A stretch of 64,000 nucleotides of DNA from Lentimicrobiaceae bacterium (GTDB lineage: Bacteria > Bacteroidota > Bacteroidia > Bacteroidales > UBA4417): the NCBI GenBank assembly GCA_041753535.1, contig JBGSUB010000022.1:28768-92767 (forward strand), in the 5' to 3' direction. Positions 1-9,179 of the stretch are shown here, in pieces. Below the pieces are notes generated by a model. That model ran no database searches and was not told the origin of the DNA. It saw only the letters and a list, made by a program, of their open reading frames with translations. The number at the start of each line of letters is the position of its first letter. The stretch's first letter is position 1. The position numbers and the translations under genes are program-made.

Positions 1-111
1 TGTATTTATGATTTGCCACCAGCTATGCAGGTTATCACCGTTCCTGTAAGGTGCAATGATTTTTACCCATCGTTCCTCTGAGTTATCCTTGGTTTTATTA
101 AGTACAGTCAT
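1..111 (-). CDS. 5' end of a gene that runs off the left edge. The N-terminus is reminiscent of membrane fatty-acid desaturases (partial).
   Basis: The reverse strand reads ATG (111..109) MTVLNKTKDNSEERWVKIIAPYRNGDNLHSWWQIINT, with no stop before the window edge. Only 37 codons are visible, so the family assignment is weak. Confidence 0.3.
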   Translation of the reverse strand, partial: MTVLNKTKDNSEERWVKIIAPYRNGDNLHSWWQIINT

Positions 112-257
112 TCTGTTTCTGCTATCTTTTGATTTTACAATTCTTTAATTACTATAATAAGAACAACTTCGTTCGAAGATTTGTTTTGATTTTAACTTTT
201 ATTCTGTTTTCTGTTTTAACAAATCCTTTCGGCTAAAAAAGTAGTTTTCATTTTAAT

Positions 258-462
258 CTATGAGTCTCCTCCGAAAAGTCGTACACCCAATAAAACACCA
301 GTTAAAAACATGTTAAACCGCAAAGAACGCAAAGAAACCGCAAAGAGACGCAGAGTTAATGTGCTGATAAATATATCTTTGCGTATCTCTGCGAAAAAAC
401 TCTGCGATCCTCTGCGGTAAAATTATTTGTTAATAGACTTATCGGAGTGGACTCATCTATAG
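258..462. repeat. Nested palindromic intergenic element (REP/MITE-like)
   Basis: The outer inverted repeat is ctatgagtctcctccgaaaagtc (258..280) against gacttatcggagtggactcatctatag (436..462). The inner inverted repeat is built of gcaaaga/gcagag words (316..355 against 377..418). No ORF is present. Confidence 0.6.
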
Positions 463-547
463 ATACTATTCATTTTTGAAACAGAAATCTCAGCTCATTC
501 CAATACATTTAATACTTTTATTGTGTTAAATACAAGCAACCCATCCT

Positions 548-1822
548 ATGAAAAATCTGATCCTACTGTTTTTGCTGATTGCTTCGAATCTGCAGGCTTC
601 CACGTCATTCGACGAGTGGTTTATAAACAAAACCCTTCGTATTGATTACTACCATACAGGCAATTCAGAAAAAGAACTGTATTCCTTGGACCAAGTGAAA
701 TCGGAACCTTACTGGGGAGGATCGCATGTAACCCTTATAGATACATTGAATTACGGCGAGTATTATTTCAAGGCTTTTGATGCTCAATCCAGTAAACTGA
801 TATACAGCCACGGCTATTGCACCCTGTTCGGTGAATGGCAGTTTACCGAAGAAGCCAAACAGCTTACCCGTACATTTACCGAAACGGTGGTAATGCCTTT
901 TCCTAAAAAAGATGTGCGCATTGAATTTTTCAGCCGGAACCGGAAAGGAACCTATGATAAGGTGTTTGAATATACAGTTGATATTAAAAACTACTTTATC
1001 ACTACGGAGCGGCAAATGGTTTTTCCGGTGTATGATGCACTTTTATCCGGCGATCCGGCAACAAAAATTGATGTGGTTATTTTACCCGAGGGTTATACCA
1101 CAGCCGAAATGGACCGCTTTAAAGCCGACTGTGATAAATTTGCCGCCGAACTTTTTAAATTCGAACCCTACACCCAAAACCGCGACAAATTCAATATCCG
1201 GGCTGTACTGGCACCATCGGCCGAAAGCGGTACCGATATCCCAGGCGAAAACACCTGGAAAAACACCATTATGAACAGTTCCTTTTATACATTCGACAGC
1301 GAACGATACCTCATGACCACCGATAACCGGAGTGTACGCAACCTTGCCGCCAACGCGCCTTACGACCAGATTTATATTCTCGCTAATTCCACAAAATATG
1401 GCGGAGGCGCAATCTATAATCATTACAGTACTTCTGTAAACAGCAATAAATCCTCTGCTAAAATATTCGTACATGAATTCGGGCATGGTTTTGCCGCCCT
1501 GGCTGATGAATACGACGACGGTTCAACTTCCTTTAACGACTTATATCCACTCGCAACCGAACCCTGGGAACCTAATATTACAACCCTTGTTAAATTCGAA
1601 AACAAGTGGCAGGGGATGCTTCCTGCCAATACCGCAGTACCAACGCCACTTGCAGGCAACACACCTCCACTGCAATTAGGCGTGTATGAAGGGGCTGGCT
1701 ATGTTGCAAAAGGACTTTACAGGCCAACTCCCGACTGCCTGATGCGTTCGTTTAAAGGCGAAAAATTCTGCCCGGTATGCACAGCCGCTATTCAGAGAAT
1801 GATTGATTATTATACAAAGTAA
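548..1822 (+). CDS. M64 family (IgA-peptidase-like) zinc metallopeptidase, secreted
   Basis: 424-aa ORF with an N-terminal signal peptide (MKNLILLFLLIASNLQA). It carries the HEFGHGFAALADEY zinc motif, preceded by ILANSTKYGGGAIYN, as in peptidase M64. Confidence 0.8.
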   Translation: MKNLILLFLLIASNLQASTSFDEWFINKTLRIDYYHTGNSEKELYSLDQVKSEPYWGGSHVTLIDTLNYGEYYFKAFDAQSSKLIYSHGYCTLFGEWQFTEEAKQLTRTFTETVVMPFPKKDVRIEFFSRNRKGTYDKVFEYTVDIKNYFITTERQMVFPVYDALLSGDPATKIDVVILPEGYTTAEMDRFKADCDKFAAELFKFEPYTQNRDKFNIRAVLAPSAESGTDIPGENTWKNTIMNSSFYTFDSERYLMTTDNRSVRNLAANAPYDQIYILANSTKYGGGAIYNHYSTSVNSNKSSAKIFVHEFGHGFAALADEYDDGSTSFNDLYPLATEPWEPNITTLVKFENKWQGMLPANTAVPTPLAGNTPPLQLGVYEGAGYVAKGLYRPTPDCLMRSFKGEKFCPVCTAAIQRMIDYYTK

Positions 1823-1871
1823 AGATTCTGATTGTTAATTTCCAGTGGGTTGGGCAGACGAAAGGTTAACA

Positions 1872-3311
1872 TCATAAAATGATTATTTTCAAGGTTTTAT
1901 ATACTTTCCCGTTCACTTTAAGGCATGCAATGCAAGTACCATATTTGCGGTTTTGTGTGTTCCATGTAACAAAATGCAACCCTGCATTTTGCATTTGGTT
2001 GGTTAAAATGGAAATCAACTGTCCGTTCAGTGAGTAAACAACCAGCTCAACCCTGGCAGGTTTATCGGTATAGTATTGGAAAGTAGTATAGTCGTTAAAA
2101 GGATTAGGAAAGGATTGCAGCACTTCCTTGCTTTCAGGCATTTGTACAAGTCCAACAAATGGATCGGGGTCAAAATTGCCGTATCCGTCGTTAAAAAGTA
2201 GTAAAAGGTTTTGCATAGGCAGCCCGTGTACTCTTATAATGGCAAAATCTCCGTAACCATTCCCATCCAGATCGGCACTTGTAAACTTTCGTTGGGTTTC
2301 GCCAATATTGGCAATTTTTAAAAAATATGGGCCGGAAGTATTAAAGTTACCCTCATTATATAAAATATGAATACCACTTAAAGTATCTCCAATATATGAA
2401 GTCAGCAATGCCAGATCGGGTAACGTATCGTTGTTTAAATCGGCTACCAGCATATCTGAATAGTAGGCGGGAAAGATTATCGGAGGCAATTCTATTAACG
2501 CAGTGTCTCCACTGTTTTCATAAATTACTACACGGGTGGCCATTCCTGAGGTAATAAGATCGTTGTCACCATCAAGATCGAAATCTTTGATCTCTATACC
2601 CTCTTTAAACCCTGCTTGAGTTAAAACCTCCTTCTGAAATCCGGTTGAAGTTGAATAATAGACTTCAATAAACTGTCCACAAATAGCGATATCATCTTTT
2701 CCATCACCATTTAAATCGCCGCAGGCAATTCCAAGAGGTGGGTAATCCGGGATAGAATAAAACGGAGAGAAAGTGAAATTTTTATATCCATGATTATAGA
2801 TAACACCCCAGTACCGCCCGTGGTTGGAGCAGAAAACCAGGTCGTTCAGGCCGTTGCCATCTACATCCCCTATATCCATCCAATTTATAGGGTTTATTGA
2901 ATTTACAGGAATAAAAAAAGTATCCGCAAGGTTATTATTATACAAAACACCAATTAATTGTTGAGTTATCCATTCACGAAAAATAATTTCAGGGTTTTCC
3001 ACCTCATCAAGCTGACCGCACATAAGGGTAGTCTGTCCTCCAAAAAAGAACAATGAGTCTGTCAGGTTGAATTGACCATTGGAGATATTTTGAAGAATAG
3101 CGATTCCACTCCAATGTGATTGCCAATTATATATATGACCGGAAACCAAATCAATTTCACCATCCAGGTCAAGGTCGGTGGAGGTTATGGTGTATGCAGA
3201 TAGTGGAATAACATATTGGCTTCTCGAAGCATCGCCATTAAAAGCTACTGAACAAAAAACAAAAAATAGCCAAAGCGGGAAGTGAATAGTATAGAAATTG
3301 ATCTTCTTCAT
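1872..3311 (-). CDS. FG-GAP/VCBS-repeat protein with T9SS C-terminal sorting domain (paralog 1 of 4)
   Basis: Signal peptide present. Repeated Ca-binding D-x-D-x-DG motifs occur (DLDLDGEIDL, GDVDGNGLNDL, GDLNGDGKDD, DFDLDGDNDL, ADLDGNGYGDF). The C-terminal ~80 aa begin FPNPFNDYTTF, typical of T9SS CTDs. Confidence 0.8.
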   Translation of the reverse strand: MKKINFYTIHFPLWLFFVFCSVAFNGDASRSQYVIPLSAYTITSTDLDLDGEIDLVSGHIYNWQSHWSGIAILQNISNGQFNLTDSLFFFGGQTTLMCGQLDEVENPEIIFREWITQQLIGVLYNNNLADTFFIPVNSINPINWMDIGDVDGNGLNDLVFCSNHGRYWGVIYNHGYKNFTFSPFYSIPDYPPLGIACGDLNGDGKDDIAICGQFIEVYYSTSTGFQKEVLTQAGFKEGIEIKDFDLDGDNDLITSGMATRVVIYENSGDTALIELPPIIFPAYYSDMLVADLNNDTLPDLALLTSYIGDTLSGIHILYNEGNFNTSGPYFLKIANIGETQRKFTSADLDGNGYGDFAIIRVHGLPMQNLLLLFNDGYGNFDPDPFVGLVQMPESKEVLQSFPNPFNDYTTFQYYTDKPARVELVVYSLNGQLISILTNQMQNAGLHFVTWNTQNRKYGTCIACLKVNGKVYKTLKIIIL

Positions 3312-3401
3312 AGAAATGTGTATTTTGTCAGGATAATAAGAGCAAAAATGAAGAATTTTAAAATGATGTTAAAGATAAGCCGGTAAGAGGCGAAATCCAA
3401 A

Positions 3402-4910
3402 TCAAAGCTGAATAAGTTTAATTGATTTCTGCATTACACGATTTACTTTTAAACATGCAACTAAAACATTGGTATTGTGATGAGCATTATCACGGGAAAA
3501 ACCGCTCCAGGATATTGAATAGTGACCGGCATTCAGTTTCCCGTTGATTAAAGATTGCATACATCGTCCCTGAAAATCATAAACACATAGCTCAACGCGA
3601 GATGTTGTTTTTATCTCAAACTCAAAAGTAGTTTGTTCGTGAAACGGATTGGGATAACACCCAAAATAGACTGCAGGCACAGGCACTTCATCAATGCCAA
3701 CAAATGGAGTTGATACAAAATTCCCGTTACCATCATTAAACAACAATACAAGGTTTGAGAAGTATATACCTTTTCCCCTTGTAATAGCAAAATCGTTAAA
3801 TCCGTTATTATCAAAATCGGCACAATTAAAATGACGTGTGTCCTCACCATAATTATCAATCTTAACAAGTTGTGGTTCGGAGAGTTGAAAATCACCGAGA
3901 TTATATGCTATTTTTATTCCTCCTGCAGTATCGGTAATGCCTGTGCCGGTAGTATCGGGGAATTGAATCAGGTAGGCAATATCGGGTAAATTATCGTTAT
4001 TAAAGTCAGTAACCGAAAACTCTGTTGCTCTGGGCGGAAAGAAATAGTTGCTTAATTTCACAAAGTTTCCACTACCGGTATTTTGATAGATGTTAGTCCA
4101 TACATTATTTACAACAGCGCCATTATCAGCTACAATATCCTTTAATCCATCCAGATCAAAATCACTAATCGCTACTTTGTCCTTGAAGGCAGCAGAATCA
4201 ATGATTTGTTTTTGAAAACCGGAAACGGTTGAGTAATAAATTTCAAGAAACTGACCGCAAACTACTACATCGTCCCAGCCATCGTTGTTTAGATCGTCAC
4301 ATGCAATTCCAAGAGGAGGATATTCAGGAATGCTATAATAGGTTGCTGAAGTAAGACCGCCATTCCCATTGTTCAACAATACCCCATAAAATCTATTATC
4401 ATTTGATAGCACAAGTATATCATTCAAATCATCTCCATTCACATCACCATATGTAATACCTGAAAAAGTAGCTGAGCTGTTCAGACTAAAATCAAGATAA
4501 TTGTGAAAATTGCCATTCTCGTTATACCAAACACGTATGTATCGCTTAGCAGTCCCTGAAGAGAAGTCAGAGTAAAAAGTAACTAAATCAGGATATTCGT
4601 CATTATCAATTTTGCATGCAAAAATATTTACCTGATATCCACAATAACTTTTTAATGTGTCAGAAATATTGAAATAGCCCGCATTTATATTTGCTAATAC
4701 CGAAATTGTTTTATTGGTTTTTTGCCAGGCTGTGTTATGTCCGATAGTAATATCTATATCCCCATCCAAATCTAAGTCAGCCGAAGAAACCGACCTGGCT
4801 GCAATTGGAATGGTATATTGGCTCATGGGAGCATCACCGGTAAAAGCTAAAGTGCAACAGGCAAGTGCCAGCCAGAGCAGAAAACGAAAAGCAAAAGGGT
4901 TGGGTTTCAT
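3402..4910 (-). CDS. FG-GAP/VCBS-repeat protein with T9SS C-terminal sorting domain (paralog 2 of 4)
   Basis: Same architecture as 1872..3311. Motifs include DLDLDGDIDI, GDVNGDDLNDI, DDLNNDGWDDV, DFDLDGLKDI and ADFDNNGFNDF, with the C-terminal YPNPFHEQTTF. Confidence 0.8.
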   Translation of the reverse strand: MKPNPFAFRFLLWLALACCTLAFTGDAPMSQYTIPIAARSVSSADLDLDGDIDITIGHNTAWQKTNKTISVLANINAGYFNISDTLKSYCGYQVNIFACKIDNDEYPDLVTFYSDFSSGTAKRYIRVWYNENGNFHNYLDFSLNSSATFSGITYGDVNGDDLNDILVLSNDNRFYGVLLNNGNGGLTSATYYSIPEYPPLGIACDDLNNDGWDDVVVCGQFLEIYYSTVSGFQKQIIDSAAFKDKVAISDFDLDGLKDIVADNGAVVNNVWTNIYQNTGSGNFVKLSNYFFPPRATEFSVTDFNNDNLPDIAYLIQFPDTTGTGITDTAGGIKIAYNLGDFQLSEPQLVKIDNYGEDTRHFNCADFDNNGFNDFAITRGKGIYFSNLVLLFNDGNGNFVSTPFVGIDEVPVPAVYFGCYPNPFHEQTTFEFEIKTTSRVELCVYDFQGRCMQSLINGKLNAGHYSISWSGFSRDNAHHNTNVLVACLKVNRVMQKSIKLIQL

Positions 4911-5000
4911 TGAAACGGGAATTTAACAAGTAGATATGTACTGAAAAGAGTATTGTAAAAAGAACTGATAAAGATAAGCCTGGAAGAGTCGAAATCCAAA

Positions 5001-6491
5001 TCAAAGTTGAATGAGTTTAATTGATTTTTGTATTTCACCATTTACTTTTAAACATGCGACTAAAACATGGGTATTGTGTTGAGCATTATCCCGGGAAAAA
5101 CCACTCCAGGATATTGAATAGTGACCTCCTTTCTGTTTTTGATTGATTACTTGTTTTATTAATTTCCCTTGTAAGTCAAATATAACCAGCTCTACAAAGG
5201 CTGTTTTATCAATTTCATAATCGAAAATGATATGTTCGCAAAACGGGTTAGGGTAACAAGTTAATTGCTGTTTTATTTTTGGGTCTTCAGCTAAACCAAC
5301 AAAAGGCTCAGATGAAAAATTCCCCTCGCCGTCATTAAAAAGCAGCTCAAGGTTTTTCATAGGAATTCCCATTCCACGTACAACTGCAAAATCATTATAC
5401 CCGTTCCCATCCAGATCAGCACTATGAAAATTTCGCTGGGCTTCACCCAGATTTTCAATGTTAATATACTGAGGATCTGAAATCTGAAAATTCCCTTCGT
5501 TGTAAACTATATGTATTCCGCTGTTTGTATCGCCGATTGATTTATTGTTAAGGTAGGCAATATCTGGAAGTGAATCATTATTAAAATCATTAATCAGAAA
5601 AGCGGAAGCTCCGGGCAGAAAAAAATGATCTTCAAGCTTTGTAAAATTGCCATTTCCTGTATTTTGATATATATTGGTCCAAACACTATTTACTACCGAA
5701 CCATTATCGGCTATAATATCTTTCCACCCATCTAAATCAAAATCACATATTGCTACTTTGTCTTTAAAGGCCTGTAAATCAACATATGTTTTTTGAAATC
5801 CGGTGGTTGTCGAAATATACACTTCAAGGTATTGCCCGCAGATTACCACATCATCGTAGCCATCGTTATTTAAATCTCCGCAACTGATACCAAGAGGTGA
5901 ATATCCTGAAATCAAATTATACTGAGGTGTTGAAAATTGCCCGTTGCCTGTGTTTGTTAATACTCCGAAGCGTTTTCCTGAGTTGGATAACACCAGAATG
6001 TCAAATAAGTAATCTCCAGTAACATCTCCATGCACGATATCTGAAAAAATATCGGAAGAATTTAAGGTAAAATCTGCATAGGAATCAAATATTCCTGTTT
6101 GATTATACCAGATTCTAATATAACGTTTCATTATGCCACTTGAATAATCTGAATAAAAAGTAACTAAATCCGGATATTCATCGTTATCCATCGGGAATGC
6201 GAAAATATTTTCCTGATAACCGCAGTAATTTTTAGAGGTGTCGGAAATAATAAAAATACCTTGGTTGCTGTTTTCCAGTATTGAAATCGATTTATTGAGT
6301 TGCTGCCAAGCTGTAAGATGCCCTACTATAATATCTTGATCCCCATCTAAATCAATATCGGACGAACTAACTGATTGTGCTTTAATTGGTAAACTATACT
6401 GACTTCTTCCCGCATCACTCCTAAAAGCGACCGTACAAAAAACAAGCCCAGTCAGTATTAGAAATCGGGATGCAAAAGACTTTGTTTTCAT
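5001..6491 (-). CDS. FG-GAP/VCBS-repeat protein with T9SS C-terminal sorting domain (paralog 3 of 4)
   Basis: Same architecture as the other paralogs. It shares near-identical blocks with paralog 4 (5626..5770 against 7215..7359, plus the C-terminal block). Confidence 0.8.
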   Translation of the reverse strand: MKTKSFASRFLILTGLVFCTVAFRSDAGRSQYSLPIKAQSVSSSDIDLDGDQDIIVGHLTAWQQLNKSISILENSNQGIFIISDTSKNYCGYQENIFAFPMDNDEYPDLVTFYSDYSSGIMKRYIRIWYNQTGIFDSYADFTLNSSDIFSDIVHGDVTGDYLFDILVLSNSGKRFGVLTNTGNGQFSTPQYNLISGYSPLGISCGDLNNDGYDDVVICGQYLEVYISTTTGFQKTYVDLQAFKDKVAICDFDLDGWKDIIADNGSVVNSVWTNIYQNTGNGNFTKLEDHFFLPGASAFLINDFNNDSLPDIAYLNNKSIGDTNSGIHIVYNEGNFQISDPQYINIENLGEAQRNFHSADLDGNGYNDFAVVRGMGIPMKNLELLFNDGEGNFSSEPFVGLAEDPKIKQQLTCYPNPFCEHIIFDYEIDKTAFVELVIFDLQGKLIKQVINQKQKGGHYSISWSGFSRDNAQHNTHVLVACLKVNGEIQKSIKLIQL

Positions 6492-6580
6492 AGAAGAAGA
6501 GAATTAATAAGTTGAAATGGCCTAAAAATGTGTATTTAAAAAATGATGTTAAAGATAAGCCGTAATAGTCGAAATCCAAA

Positions 6581-8053
6581 TCAAAGCTGAATAAGTTTAA
6601 TTGATTTTTGCATTTCACCATTTACTTTTAAACAAGCAACTAAAACATTGGTATTGTGTTGAGCATTATCCTGAAGAGAACCGCTCCAGGATATTGAATA
6701 GTGACCTCCTTTCTGTTTCTGATTGATTACTTGTTTTATTAATTTCCCTTGTAAGTCAAATAAAACCAGCTCTACCATGGCTGTTTTTTGAATATCGTAA
6801 CTGAAAGTAATATGTTCCTGAAAAGGATTAGGATAACAGAGTAATTGTTGTTGATTGACAGTAATTGAGGCAATCCCAACCCAGGGATCAGGCCCGAAAT
6901 TACCGTATCCATCGTTAAAAAGAATTTCCAGATTATTTGGTAAAGGCACAAATAAAGTCCTCACTATAGCAAAATCATTAAACCCGCTCCCATCAAAATC
7001 GGCTGAGTGAAAATGTCGCCAACCCTCAAAAAAAAATTCCAGTAAAATATGTTTCGGTTCAGATAATTGAAAATCACCTAGATTATAAACTATTTTTATC
7101 CCTCCCACTGTATCCGGGTCGGCAAAAGGATAGTTTAGCAAATATGCAATATCCGGTAATCCATCATTGTTGAAATCAGTGACAGTAAAATCAGAAGCCC
7201 CAGGTGTAAAAAAATGATCTTCAAGCTTTGTAAAATTCCCATTCCCTGTATTTTGATATATATTGGTCCAAACACTGTTCACCACTGACCCGTTATCGGC
7301 AATAATATCTTTCCACCCATCTAAGTCAAAATCACATATTGCTACTTTGTCTTTAAAAGCTTGATTGTCGAGTACCTGATTCTGAAATCCACTTGTTGAT
7401 GAAAAATAAACTTCTACATATTGACCACATATCACAACATCATCGCGTCCATCGTTGTTTAAATCGCCACATGCAATACCTAATGGAGAAAAGTCAGAGA
7501 TAGAATAATGCTGAGATGAAGTAAAATTCTGATATCCCAAATTATAAAATACCCCCCAAAATCGTCCTGCATTTGAACAAAAAATGATATCCACCCTATC
7601 ATCATTATTGATATCTCCTAAAATAATCTCACTAAGTGAATTATTAGAATTCACGTTAATGAAAAAAGTATCAGACATAATATTATTATATATAATGCCG
7701 ATTTGTTGATTTGTTTGCCATTTGCGAAAAACTATTTCTGGATTTGGTAAACTATCAAGTTGACCTGTTAATATTGTCTGTCCCCCATAGAAAAAAAGCG
7801 AGTCTTTAAAAATGAAATTACCGTTTCCAGAATTATCTGTTATTGAAATACCGCTCCAATGTGTCAGGCTTGCATAGTTATGTCCGGTAATTATATCCAT
7901 ATCCCCATCTAAATCCAGGTCAGCCGCAGAAACTGACCAGGCCGCTATTGGTATGGTATATTGGCTCATGGGAGCATCACTTGTAAATGCGACAGTACAA
8001 ACAACAAGCCCTGCAAACATTAGAAATCGAAATACATAAGGCTTAATTTTCAT
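6581..8053 (-). CDS. FG-GAP/VCBS-repeat protein with T9SS C-terminal sorting domain (paralog 4 of 4, chimeric)
   Basis: Same architecture as the other paralogs. The N-terminal half resembles paralog 1, the middle block is identical in protein to paralog 3, the next segment resembles paralog 2, and the C-terminus resembles paralog 3. Confidence 0.8.
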   Translation of the reverse strand: MKIKPYVFRFLMFAGLVVCTVAFTSDAPMSQYTIPIAAWSVSAADLDLDGDMDIITGHNYASLTHWSGISITDNSGNGNFIFKDSLFFYGGQTILTGQLDSLPNPEIVFRKWQTNQQIGIIYNNIMSDTFFINVNSNNSLSEIILGDINNDDRVDIIFCSNAGRFWGVFYNLGYQNFTSSQHYSISDFSPLGIACGDLNNDGRDDVVICGQYVEVYFSSTSGFQNQVLDNQAFKDKVAICDFDLDGWKDIIADNGSVVNSVWTNIYQNTGNGNFTKLEDHFFTPGASDFTVTDFNNDGLPDIAYLLNYPFADPDTVGGIKIVYNLGDFQLSEPKHILLEFFFEGWRHFHSADFDGSGFNDFAIVRTLFVPLPNNLEILFNDGYGNFGPDPWVGIASITVNQQQLLCYPNPFQEHITFSYDIQKTAMVELVLFDLQGKLIKQVINQKQKGGHYSISWSGSLQDNAQHNTNVLVACLKVNGEMQKSIKLIQL

Positions 8054-8064
8054 AGAAAAAGAGA

Positions 8065-8767
8065 TGGCTAAATTATATTTTGATGTGCTGGATCAAAAAT
8101 TTTGATGTATGATATTTCAAAGTAAATTGATCGCCTTTTTAACATCAGATTGGATCGTTTTCTTTCTCTTACTTTTTACTTGAATAAAAAGTAACAAAAA
8201 TTCAAGGCTTTCGAAAAATAAGTTGCAGTTCTAATCAGGAGGTATCTTCTCGCAATACAAGGCATAAAAGATTTGAACAAAGCATGGCATCTGTCGTTGC
8301 GGTGTATTGCTGCACACATGCCATCTGCACATACCTCCCTCAAGAACCGCTAACTTATTTTTCTGAGGCCGGTCCCTTCTAAGAAAATTTTCCCATATGG
8401 CAACATTAAGGGGCAACGGGTTGGCTCATAGCCAGCCCCGCTTAACGGGGAGCACAATTTTCAGAGTGTAGGGACCGGCCTATTATAAATTTCACAACAG
8501 CTGTTGCTTCACTAGAAAGGCGCATGAGAATGAACAAAGGAATAAGCGTAACGCAAAACACCAGCTTCAACCATGTCAGGCAACCTGACAAATCTAACAA
8601 GCCTTGTTTTGCGAGCCTTTCGGTGATGCATACAGATGTGTGAAATTAATAATAAGCCTTGACCTTTTGGTTCTTTTATGTCAAGATAAAAGAACAAAAT
8701 CAAAATCCATTTAGAAATCATACTTCATTTGGTAAAATACACCAGCACATCAAAATAACATCTTGCC
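8065..8767. mobile_element. Non-autonomous MITE-like insertion with long imperfect terminal inverted repeats and a 7 bp target-site duplication
   Basis: The termini ggctaaattatattttgatgtgctgg (8066..) and ccagcacatcaaaataacatcttgcc (..8767) are inverted repeats extending inward about 110-145 bp. They include the hairpin-containing block ctttttacttgaataaaaagtaacaaaaattcaaggctt against aagccttgaccttttggttcttttatgtcaagataaaag. AAAGAGA flanks both ends (8058..8064 and 8768..8774). Removing the element restores the spacer conserved upstream of the other paralogs. There is no ORF longer than 69 aa inside. Confidence 0.6.
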
Positions 8768-9179
8768 AAAGAGAATTAACAAGTTGATATGGACAAAACT
8801 GAGTATTTTAAAAATGATGTTAAAGATACGCCGGGAAGAGGCTAAATAAAAATTAATTTTTGAAAATTTTCAGCCAATCAGTAATTTCTCCATCCACTTT
8901 CTGGCAATGCAAATCCTGCTTGTTTGCGCTTGCGTGTTCAATGAAATTTAATGTTTCCTACGTCCTGTTTTTGACTGAATAACACCACAAAAGTATGTTT
9001 ACTAAAATTCATTCCAGGATAAAGATACTCCTTACTTATATGTATTCTAAATAGCAATAAAACTACAAGTTATCTATCGGAAGTGACTGGAAAATAACTA
9101 ATTTTGCAGCCCTAAAAAATTGGAATTTTTATTCTTTTACGTGTTATCACATTAACAGTACATAATCTCAGGAGGGCAT

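Noticed and set aside
8231-8721. Two small ORFs (61 and 69 aa) inside the MITE-like element
   Set aside because: They are short and Cys/Arg-rich, and they span hairpin and inverted-repeat sequence. They have no start context and no family resemblance, so the region is better explained as non-coding.
8100-8760. Known housekeeping ncRNA (tmRNA, RNase P RNA, SRP RNA, 6S) or riboswitch in the 1.1 kb gap between the paralog array and ptb
   Set aside because: None of the signature sequences I know are present on either strand. These include the tmRNA 5' GGGG/3' CCA with tag ORF, the RNase P GAGGAAAGUCC, the SRP GGAA/AGCA motif and the B12 box. The terminal inverted repeats and target duplication instead indicate an inserted element.
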